DNA from: the human T2T-CHM13v2.0 reference genome, Homo sapiens
Length of the DNA stretch: 64,000 bases
Assembly (NCBI RefSeq): GCF_009914755.1
Contig: NC_060927.1
Strand: one strand, 5' to 3'
The notes below the pieces were generated by a model. That model did no database searches. It was not told the DNA's origin and saw only the letters and a program-made list of their open reading frames with translations. A program made the translations under genes and the position numbers. Below are positions 45,590 through 55,544 of this stretch, piece by piece; position 1 is the first letter of the stretch, and each line of letters begins with the position of its first letter.

Positions 45590-46105
45590 ACTGTTATGGA
45601 GTACTGACCATGTGCCAGGCACCACCCCAGTGCTTTGTGGGCTTTATCTCACCTAATCCATACAACACGCCTGAGAGATGGATACTATGCCTAATCTCTA
45701 GTTCAGAGGGAAAAAACTGAGGCACACCCAAGATATGGAAAGGCACCCAGGCTGCCTGGCTGCAGACCTGTGCTCTCAGCCTTGATGCTACAGCCCTTTC
45801 TGTAGACCTCAGCAAAGCAGGAAGGGAGTTTGTTCACCTCTGAGTCCCCAGTGTGATTCCATTACAGCATAATTAAGACCACAGTTTCCGGAGTCAAGCC
45901 AATCTAGGGTCCATCCTGGAGGCTGTGACTCTTTGAGACATTAAAGTAAGGTGTATAATATTCCCTTGGCTCAATTTCCTCATCTGCGGAACAGGATAAC
46001 AATAGTACCTACCTCTTAAGTTTGAAGCAAAGATGAAAGAAAAGAATGCTTTAGCATTCAGCACAAAGCCTGGCACGTAGTCAGAGCTCACAAAGTGTTA
46101 GCTGT
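45590..46105. mobile_element. Two MIR copies (minus ~45590-45790, plus ~45870-46105)
   Basis: MIR cores AAACTGAGGCAC and CTCAATTTCCTCATCTG...AGCCTGGCACGTAG. Confidence 0.7.
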
Positions 46106-46345
46106 GATGAGGCTGAGGGATGATGCTACCAGCAATTTGCTCCTTGATATATTGGGGAAATGGAGGGCTCTTCTCCCTTCCCTCATGTAACACACAGCCA
46201 GAAAAATTGATGGTCAAGGGGACTCAAGCCCTCTCTAGTTCTGTTTAAAACCCTTGCCACATTCTCAGGGAGCTGAGTTTTTGATACCTGGCTCTTCTCA
46301 AAAGACTGTGCCCCCAAGAGCAGGAGAAACTGGTCCAGCACGGTG

Positions 46346-46359
46346 GTTGCCATGGAAAC
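46346..46359. promoter_or_regulatory. RFX X-box motif
   Basis: GTTGCCATGGAAAC matches GTTGCCATGGCAAC at 13/14 positions. Confidence 0.5.
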
Positions 46360-47753
46360 CATTGAATGTAAATTTCATGTTCTGCCTTGCCCAGCTAAGC
46401 TATCGATTCAGCAAGAGGGAGAGAAATTGGGAGCTGTTTCCTTCCCAAAGTAAAAGAGAAAGTGCAGACCCAAAGTGAAAACAGAAGGAAGTGTGGCCAG
46501 GGGATCGAAACCTAGTTGGAAAAAAGATGGAACAGGGGTAGGCTGAGGGAGCAGGGAGGGAGGGAAGGACTAGAGAATCACTTTCCACTCCCATTAACCT
46601 GCTGGCACAGGTAAGTAGCCAGCTCCTAACACAGGCTCTAGAGTGATCTCGGCCCTGGCCTCAGCACTGGCACCTACCAGCTGCGTGATCTGGGGCAAAT
46701 GGCTGACCCTCTATGAGCCTGTTTCATTATGTATAGAAACATGGATAAAAATTGCAACCTGGCAAGCTTGTCCTGGGGACATCATCACCCACGCATCCCA
46801 AGGCCTCTCTGGCATGCTGTCTTCTTCCTTTTTAGCCTGAAATTCCCACCATTGTTGTCATACTGAAGTTGTCATCGACGACTTCAGTACTCAAGGGAAA
46901 GAATGTGGTCCCAAGGAGCTGCAGTGGAAAACTCGAGGTCACCCATGAAAGAGGATAAGAGGAAGATGGAGCAGATGGGACATGGGACAGGTCTGTTTTG
47001 ATGGAGTCAGCTGGAGTGGAAGTGGACCATACAAGGGTTGGGATGGAGGAATGGACTCGCCAACCAAAACCAAGTCCAAGTCTGGGTCCATCTCTGGGGT
47101 GCCCCAGCAGCTGGGTGCTCCACGCGGTGGGTGCAAATGCTGTGTGCTACCAGTTGTCACAGGATGACCATGCAGGGCTGCTGAGCTGGAGTGAGCCAGG
47201 CTGCCCATTCCCTCTTCCTGGGACTGCTGACACTGGCTCCCCTGGGGTGACCCAGGCCTGCCCAGGCACCATGACATGCCGAGGGTGCCCTGTCACCGCA
47301 GTCCTGGCAGCTGCACCCACAGAAACACTAATTGGGAAGTGAGACAAGCGAAGTGCCTTTAATGAGCTACCTTGTTGTAACTCTAACTCGTTGGCGTTAT
47401 TTACAGAGATTCTGCTAATGAGGTGCCTGTCAGAGGGGGAGCCCACTGTGGGAGTTGGGGGAGGATGGGCCAGTCAGCCTTGAGGGAAGAGGCAAGATTC
47501 AAAGGGAAGAGGGAAAGAAACTCACCCTTGCTGAGCACCTGCTGGGCCAGAGGCCCTTCATCCCCATGATCTCAGCACACCGGCCCAGAGGCCCAGGAGG
47601 TACGGATGAGGTGTAGGGTGCAAGAACCTAACCAAGGTCACATGGGGAGTCTGGTAGTCTAGCCCAGGCTAGTCAGACAGCACAGTCCCTCAGGCACCTG
47701 CCTCAGGCAGGCCACAGGAGCCACCAGGGCCACCAAAGGTGGTAGGGACAGCA

Positions 47754-47774
47754 TGTGTGTGTGTGTGTGTGTGT

Positions 47775-47805
<31 letters not shown>

Positions 47806-47822
47806 AGTGTGTGTGTGTGTGT
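47754..47822. repeat. (TG)n microsatellite, interrupted
   Basis: About 34 dinucleotide units with two GA interruptions. Confidence 0.95.
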
Positions 47823-48028
47823 AGGAAAGACCACCAACTGGGAAGGAGTCCACTTCACCTGGCCTGGACATATGGAATCTACTCAAGGGTGGCCCCATCA
47901 GCTCTTCCACGCCAGAGTTCACAACCTCTCTTTCTGGGTTGACTCCTGGCAGGCCAGGGTTCTCCCAGCCATTCCTCACCCACTCCTCCCTCACTGTCCA
48001 GGGACCCTGAGCTCTGAGCCCTGACCCT

Positions 48029-48031
<3 letters not shown>

Positions 48032-48065
<34 letters not shown>
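48032..48065. repeat. Poly(A)34 run
   Basis: 34 consecutive A with no recognisable Alu or L1 body upstream. Confidence 0.95.
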
Positions 48066-48067
<2 letters not shown>

Positions 48068-48823
48068 AGGCTTCTCTGGGTCATCTACACTTTTAGAGAC
48101 CATCTATCTTAGATCCAGTGGAATGGATTTGGCTGCTGCTTAACTGGTCTAGCCTGGGTTGGGTGCACCTCTCAGCCTGGGGTGGTGGGCAGGGCTCAGT
48201 GGTGGGAGGCGGGGGGGCTCAGTCTGAGTTAAGGGTGGGGCAGGGGTGGGGCTCAGCCCGGGACAGGGCTCAACTTGGGATTAGAGGGGAGAATCAGTTT
48301 GTAGCATTATTGGTTTGTGGCCAAAATAAGGGAACTGACCATTGGTCTTACTTTTTTCACCCGCGAAATGGGATTAATTAACTTGCATTTCTAGAATGTT
48401 ATGGGATCCTAAGAAACAGAGATTGTGAAAGTGCCTTGCAAACCATATGGCGCCCCTTCTGGGTCTTGCTGTGGTCACTATGAGCAGAGTGGCAGTCTGG
48501 GTGCTGATGCTGAAACCAAGCTTGCCACCCTAGTGGAGACACTTCCCTGGCTTATCCCGTCCAGCTCGGCTCTGAGCTCCCCTCTCCCCTTCTCCATTCT
48601 CATTGTCACATCCTCTCTCCTCTCCTACTACCTGTCAAGATTGGCATCTCTTTAATTATAATGTCTGTGTGTTTCTTTAGGAGCCATGTAATTCCCCCTG
48701 ACGGCCACCTATTTAAAATGAAAGTCAAACACTCAGAACTTTGTTTAAGAGTTGAGTCTTGGGGAAAAAAAATGCATTAATTGCCAAATGTTGCTAATTT
48801 CACTCTGATTTGGTGCAAAAAGA

Positions 48824-48824
<1 letters not shown>

Positions 48825-48857
<33 letters not shown>
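48825..48857. repeat. (CA)n microsatellite
   Basis: Perfect CA run. Confidence 0.95.
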
Positions 48858-48860
<3 letters not shown>

Positions 48861-50829
48861 TACTGATGAAACTGACATGAGTCCAAGGATAGCATCTGGA
48901 TGTCAAAGCCCTAAGCTCATCCAAACCCCTCTGTCATTTCTCAGATGAAGAAACCAGGACCCAGAGAGGTTAAATGACTTGCTGAAGGTAGCCCAGGCAT
49001 AGGCAATGGAACCAAGGCTCAGCTGATGCCCGCAGGCTCCATGTGGCCTTCAGGCAGCAGCTGGTTGACCAGGGAACAAAAGACAAAAGCCCTGCATTCC
49101 TTGCACATATCAGCATGTCAGGCCATCTGGGCCGCTGCCCGCCCTGCAGGGCTGCTGTGTTTGCAAGTGTTGCCTGCCAGGGGGCCTTGCCTGGGACAAG
49201 GGGCCTGGGGAGACCCTCTTCTGAGGCTGGGGATCTGTCCCTTGGTAATCAGAACATATAGGCACAGTCCTCCCTGAGCAACCATCTGTGGAGGCTCAGC
49301 TGTGAGGCACAGGCACCAAAGGCCTTTGCCGACAATCAAAACTTGTCCCAGGACGGAGCTGGGAAGAGGGCCTGAAGCAGGCAAGGCAGCTTGCAGAAGG
49401 CTCCAGCCCTGGCTGGATGTGCCCTCACAGCCTCTCGGTGGGGAAAGGCAACTTGGTGGAGCGCCACAGGGAAATGTTTGGGCACTACCCTGCAATGATC
49501 GAAGCACCACTTCTGAACTCGGCCAGTTCTCAGATCAGATCTCCGCTAGACCTCTTCCTTACTGAGCACCTTGAGGAGCTGTGGAACCTCTCTGCATTAC
49601 TGATTCTGCATCTGGCCCACATGATCAATACTATGGATTACTCAGAGTTGGTTGAAGGGGCGTCTAATGAGTGAATATGTGCTGTGTACCAGCCCAGGGC
49701 ACACACACTCTACACACTGCTCCCACCTCTTCCCCAAAAAGGAAGCAGAGGGTTAGGCCAGGAAGAGCAAAACAGGGGCCCAAGAGCCTTGTTTGGCCAC
49801 AGTCTTGTTTGTGGGCTTGCATGTGCTGCTATAAAAATGTAATTTAAAGGCCTCTTGGACAAGACCTGAGCTCCCAGAGCATCCTGGTACCCACCAGTCC
49901 CTGGAGGCTCACAGCTGGCCACTTCATTCATGCCTATCTGTTACTCTGCAACTCCTAGAGAAACCCTCTGCATAGCTCTGAAAGATGAAAGTCTGTGCTC
50001 ACCCCTAGCCCTCTCCAAACCCAGCCAAAACCCCACGTGCCTTCTTTGCCCCAGCTCTGATAATATAGTGTTTAAAATCCAGTCCATGTCCAGCTTTCCA
50101 CTGAACTAGGAGCACCTAGACGTGAGGCGCCACATGCTACCCCTACATGAGAAGAGGTAGGCTCTTGGTAAATATATTTACTCATTCGACAAAGAGGTGT
50201 TGCAGCTAGGCTCTGAAGACACAGCTGTGAACAGTTTTGACAAGAGCCAAGTCTTCCCAGAGCTTAAGGACAATTAACACTTCAATAAACAAGATGGCTT
50301 AAGATGGAGAAGATAAAACAGGGTGATGTGCTGGGCCAGAGTCGGTGAATGAATGAATGGGCAAATAGCAAGAATGCAATTTTCAGTCCAACAACACAAT
50401 AGGAAAATGTTATTGCCTCTAACAGGTAGGAAGATGAACCAGTGAAGAAGATACTAGTATTAGTCCCATGGTCCCAGTGAGGAATCAAAAGTATGGGGTC
50501 ATACCTAGGGTCTAATCAGCCCTCTGAGTAGAAGGGCAGGGGATATACCAACTCCTCAGATAAAGAAAAATTATCTCAAAGCAGCCACCTTTTAAAAGTG
50601 TCTACTGCCAAGCTTCTGCCAGACACTTTACCCACAGGATCCTCTAGACAACTGTCTGATCATCTTTATAGGTAAGGCCATCAAGGCTCAGAGACTTGCT
50701 CAAGATCACCCAGCTGGAAAGTGGCAAGTCTGGCTGGCTCCAAGCACTGTGTGCTTTCTGGAATAGTGGGTGCCCCCAGCCACAGAGCCATACCACCCAA
50801 CTTCTCAGCCTTCCAAAGAGAGCTGCCCT

Positions 50830-51240
50830 GAGGACCCAATCAGCCCACAGCCTGCAGCTGCTGTGCCTGCAAAACCTGCCAAGTAGCCAGGCTGAGGCCA
50901 CACTCTGCTAGCCAAAAGCCCAGTGTGGCAGCAGTACCAGGGCCTGGGCATTCCTGCTCAGCTTGGGGCTCCTCTGTGGACAGTCTATCAGGGAGTCCCA
51001 CTGGGCCGGAGAGATTTTCTCAGAGCTGTGCTGCAGGCTAACACTCTTCTTACCCAATCTGCCTGCCTTATTCTCTCTTCTTAGAAGGCTCAAACCCACA
51101 GTATGGTCTCAGGCAATCCCCACCCACTCCTGCTCCTTCTCCTCTGGATTTCTTGCAGGTGATTCCTGCCATAAATCCCTTGCACTTCTTGCTCCGTCAT
51201 CTTGGCATCTGCTTTTCAGTGTTCCTAACTGGCACGACAC
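50830..51240. mobile_element. LTR16-like ERVL LTR
   Basis: CTGAGGACCCAATCAGCCCACAGCCTGCAGCTG...ACTCTTCTTACCCAATCTGCCTGCC...TCTTGGCATCTGCTTTTCAG. Confidence 0.6.
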
Positions 51241-52199
51241 ATCATCCAAACCACAAGGAAGACTTCTCAGTTATGGAATCATGCAGTACATGGCATATGA
51301 GGGTGGCTCCTCTGTGCTTCTAAGGTTCCAGTGGTGGAGAAACCTCTGACAGCTAAAGCCTGGAGCCCTCTGACCATTTGCACAGCAGCCTGGCTCAGGG
51401 GAGCAGGTCCAGGCTGAGAGTCAGACAGGGCTTGGTGTCCCTGCAGCAGCTCCTTCGGCTCTCTGGGCCTCAGTCTTCCTCATCTATAAAATAGGCGTGC
51501 TGACACTTTCCCCGTAGTACTGTCTTAAGAACTGGATAAAGCACCTGCTTTGAAGGTCAGATAACCAGGAGTGTGGGATTTTAGATCCATGTCACTAGAG
51601 TCTAGATGATCAGAGTTGGAAAATGTCATAGAGCCCTACATTTTCATTATTTGTGTAGGGAACTGGGAACATGGAAGGGAAGATCTTAGGCAAGCAGGGA
51701 CGGCAGGCCACAGCAGAGGCAGGCCAGGTCCCGTGGCCCAGCCCGGAGCCTCAGAATGCCTTCCATTCCCATTCAGCACCAGCTTTGCCCGCAACCACAG
51801 GGAGCCCAGGCCAGGATCCCAACCTCCCCCCTTTCCCCAGGCAACCCAGGGGGCATGGTGGGACCAGAGGGAGAACCCAGTAAGACCTGGCATTAACATG
51901 AAGACTATCTGTGGGCAGTCAGAGGCGCCCAGCCTGCAACAGAGGCCAAAGGGCAGGCGAAGGTGGAGGAGGCGGGGTGCTTTTTCTCCGCTGGTCCCAT
52001 CACTGCTAATGTGGTCTCAGGGCCTCCTCTCTGGAAGAGCAAACTGACCTCCGGAGAAAACAGTTGGAACAGGAAAAACAGAGAGATGCCAGGGACCCAA
52101 GGGGCACTCAGAGACAGGGTCAGCCCTTATTGGAGTTAGAGAGGCAGACAGAAGACAGAGAGGCCCAGGGATGGAGAGGGGAAGTGCAAAACAGATGGC

Positions 52200-54125
52200 C
52201 GGGGAGGGATGCGGAGGAGAGGCGGAGGTGTGCGCTGGGGGAGAGGACTACCGACGGCGCTGGCGGTCGGGATGGGCTGGAGCGGGCTGCAGTCGGGGCT
52301 GCATCGCCGGGTCCCAGCATAGCGCAGGCTCGGCGCCGCACCCGCAGCCTTTGTCCTGAGCTGCAGAGGGTTCCCGCGGGCCGCCAGCGCCCCCTGCCGC
52401 CCCCAGAGCGCCGCGCCGCAGCCGAGCGGCCCCTAGCTGTGCAGAGGGGACCGAGCCCGAGAAGGGACCGAGCCCGAGAGGGGACCGCGAGGGCGGGAGG
52501 GAAGCTCCGCGAGCCGGCGCCAGCGCCACGGCCCAAACCCCAGCCTCTACAGGTGCTCACTGCGCGACTGCCTGTCCCAGGCGCTCGGGCTGGGCGCCCT
52601 CTCTAGGGCCTGGGAGCAGCGTGAGTCCCGGGGGCGGCCCGGCATGGGCCTCCCACCCCAGGAGACGCCCTTCTGGCCTGGCCCTCCCAGTCGCCTGGGC
52701 AGGACTCGGATGCCCGCGGGCTGCAAACCTCTCCCCCGTGAACCCAGCAGGGAGGCCGGGGAGGCACGCTGCTCCCCCTCTCAGCCTTGCCCAGTGTCCA
52801 GACCTTTCAAAAGAAGCCAGAAAATTCACGTTTGCTTGGGAATCCCACAATTCAATAGCTTTTCAAAACAGTGCGGGAAGAAAAGTGGGTTTGGCCCACC
52901 AGCAGCCGGCGGGCACCCTCCCAGCCTCTTCACGGACTCTCCTTCAGGTTTTGGGCGCCCGGCCCCACTAGAGTCATGTGGGCATTTCCTTCAGATCTTC
53001 CTCCACTTAAATACACTTATTGAAAAAGAAAACTCCTTTTCTCTTTCCCTATAGTAATTAGAAACTCAGCGTCCTGTGGTGTAAAAGCCAGGTAGCCTCG
53101 GAAGTGAAACAGGGCAATTAGAACAGACACAGGGCCTGTTCCGCCCCACCCTGCTGCATCTGGTGGACAAGCCCCCGGGGCTGCTGATGACCCATGCCCT
53201 CTGACCTCAGGGGAGGGGCGGGCCGACGACAGGCCTTTCTAGAAGGGCCCTACAAGCGGCTTCAGGGAGTCTGGGAACCAAAGCAGCCACCCTGTCCATG
53301 GCACTGTCCGCCCCTGGCACCACGGCCCCACCGGGAGTGGAAGCCGCCAGGTGAGGCAGGGGTGGTTCCCTTCCCCGGGGAACAATGTGCAGAAGGCATC
53401 GGTGCCTGCCAGAGAGGAAGTGGGGAGGTGGGGAGACAGAGCACAGAGAGTGACTCAGACCCGAGGGCGAACCAGAAGCTGCCCGGAGATTCCCACTGTA
53501 TGGCTTCCTGCAGGATTCAGCTGTGGAGACTGAAGCCGGAGGGCCTGGGGGGAGCCGCAGGAAGCGGGTGGGCGGGGGCCGTCTGCCCCTGGACACTCAG
53601 GACAGCCTGGCTCACCACGGGGGAGGAGAAGCCAATGGAGACAGCGGGGACCAAGAGGGAGGGGGTGGATGGGGAGCCTGGGGAGGAGCGGAGGGACCCA
53701 GGTCCCCTGCCTTACAGGACGACCAGCACAGGTTCCAGGTCTCCAGCCAGCTACAGGGCTTCTTAACACACAGCACTCCCTGCTTCGAGCCTTCCGGGAG
53801 GCCCCCAATCCAGGATCAAGACCCAGCCCCGTCACGGCCTGGCTCACGAGGCCCCACTTCAACTGCCCCTGACCTCTCTGCGCCCCCTGCTCCCGCCAGC
53901 CCTGCCGGCCGCTGCCCTGGAGAAGGAGCTGCAGACGGATCCCCAGTGAGTAGGAGGCAGCCGTGTGAGTCAGGCAGCGGAGGGAACGGGCTGCATCGCG
54001 GAGAGGAGGTGCGAAGCAGCGCGCCGTTTCCGGGCTCTGGAAGCCGAGCTGCCGAGGCGTAAGCTGGGAGGTGGACATGACGGGGGAGTGGGGAAGGGCA
54101 GGCGGCGGGACGGCCACACAGCGGA
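52200..54125 (+). promoter_or_regulatory. Bipartite CpG island (dense core ~52200-52760, second lobe ~53150-54125), likely promoter with a non-coding first exon
   Basis: Sharp rise in CpG density relative to the flanks, free of recognisable repeats, with GC boxes. Splice-donor-like sites on the + strand at 52621 (GC|GTGAGT), 53351 (CAG|GTGAGG), 53946, 53965 and 54059. Confidence 0.75.
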
Positions 54126-54889
54126 ATATTATGCAACTTATAAAAAATTTAATTACCTGCCTACCAATAGACTTAAAGGGATTTCTATAAGGTATTATTG
54201 GGTGAGAAAAGCAATTTGGAGATAAGAATGTAACATACGATCCCATTTTTATAAAACAATGGGCAAAAAAATCTGTGAGTTTGTGTGTATATATGTATAT
54301 GTATATAGGCCTCTATAGGATTTTATTAACACAAAAGAAAATACAGGATACATGCTAGGTTGTTAACAGGGGTTTTCTTCACGGAAACCTATTGTGGGGG
54401 AAGGGGAACCAATAAAAAAAGGATCTGAGAAATAAAGACCGCCCTTAAAAGATGGATGACTGCAGCTAACCGTGTCCCCAACACCCACCCCTACCAAAGC
54501 TAGACATGGGGGAGTGGTCTCGACTATCCCCTTCTCCCCATCCCAGCATCTGCTCCTCTCAGGTGGCAGCCAGCCACTAGACACCCCCCAACACACACAT
54601 GCACGTGCACACACACACACACACACAGACCCAGCCCAGTCTCCACATAGCCAACCATCTGAGGGTTCCAGTTGCCCTGAGAGTGAGATCCACTTCAACA
54701 CAGACTCCAAGTTCCTTCCCCCAGCCCCACTCACCTCTGCAGGCTCAGTCCTCACTGCTCCCCCAAACCCCACCCTGCCAACTCCCTGCACTGCCAAATA
54801 GCCCAGGGTCCAGCCACTGTGCTCTGAACTCTGAGCCTCTGCACCTGTCAGAACAAGCTTGCATTGATATTGGCTATATTCCAGTCTCT

Positions 54890-55440
54890 GTTCTGAGCAC
54901 TTGACATTTATTGAAAGCATTTAATCCTCACAACAACCCTATAAACGTGTATAATATTCTGCATTGTATAGTATTTTTGTAGATGGGAAAACGAAAACAC
55001 AGAAAGGTAAGTCATTTGCCTAAGGTTGCACAGCTGGTTAGTTAATAGGGAAAATGGCCCCAGAGCCTGCACTCTTGACCACTGTGCTAAACCCTCACTT
55101 GTGCCTTTAGACATACTGTTCCCTCTGTCTGGAACTCTTTAGTTTCTCTCTTCACTTGGCTAAATCCTAATCCCCACTAGATATCAATTGAGATATCACC
55201 TCCTCCGGGAAGCCTTCTCTGACCCCCCGTATCTGGGCTGGATGTTCTGATGTTGCCTCCACAGTGCAGTCATTCCTTGATCACAAAGTTTCTGCCATAC
55301 TGTGGTGGTTGGACGTCCACACTAGGCTGTGCTCCTTGAAGGCACAGGCTTTATTTCACTCTTTGGAAGAAGGGTCCCAAGTCCCTGGGACAATGACGCC
55401 CTGTGTTAGGAGCTCAACCTACATCTACTGAATAAAAGGT
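54890..55440. mobile_element. MIR (minus, ~54890-55090) followed by an L2 3' end (plus, ~55100-55440)
   Basis: ATTTAATCCTCACAACAACCCT...GTCATTTGCCTAAGGTTGCACAGCTGG; ATCACCTCCTCCGGGAAGCCTTCTCTGACC. Confidence 0.75.
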
Positions 55441-55523
55441 GGATATCAGTACATCAGATAGGCTAGGAACCATCTCTCCGAGTACAGAGGATGGGCGAGG
55501 AGAGGGAAGTCGGTCGGGCCTCT

Positions 55524-55544
55524 TTCAGGACCACGGAGAGCTCC
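55524..55544 (+). promoter_or_regulatory. RE1/NRSE (REST-binding) site candidate
   Basis: TTCAGGACCACGGAGAGCTCC vs consensus TTCAGCACCACGGACAGCGCC: 18/21 matches with canonical spacing. Confidence 0.65.

Noticed and set aside
52385-52400. CTCF-like motif CAGCGCCCCCTGCCGC (also ~53879)
   Set aside because: There is a mismatch in the conserved core, and such matches are common in CpG islands.
53455-54246. 263-aa minus-strand ORF and other long ORFs over the CpG island
   Set aside because: Stop-codon depletion in very GC-rich sequence explains them. The composition is low-complexity R/G/P/A, and this ORF starts in an L1 remnant.
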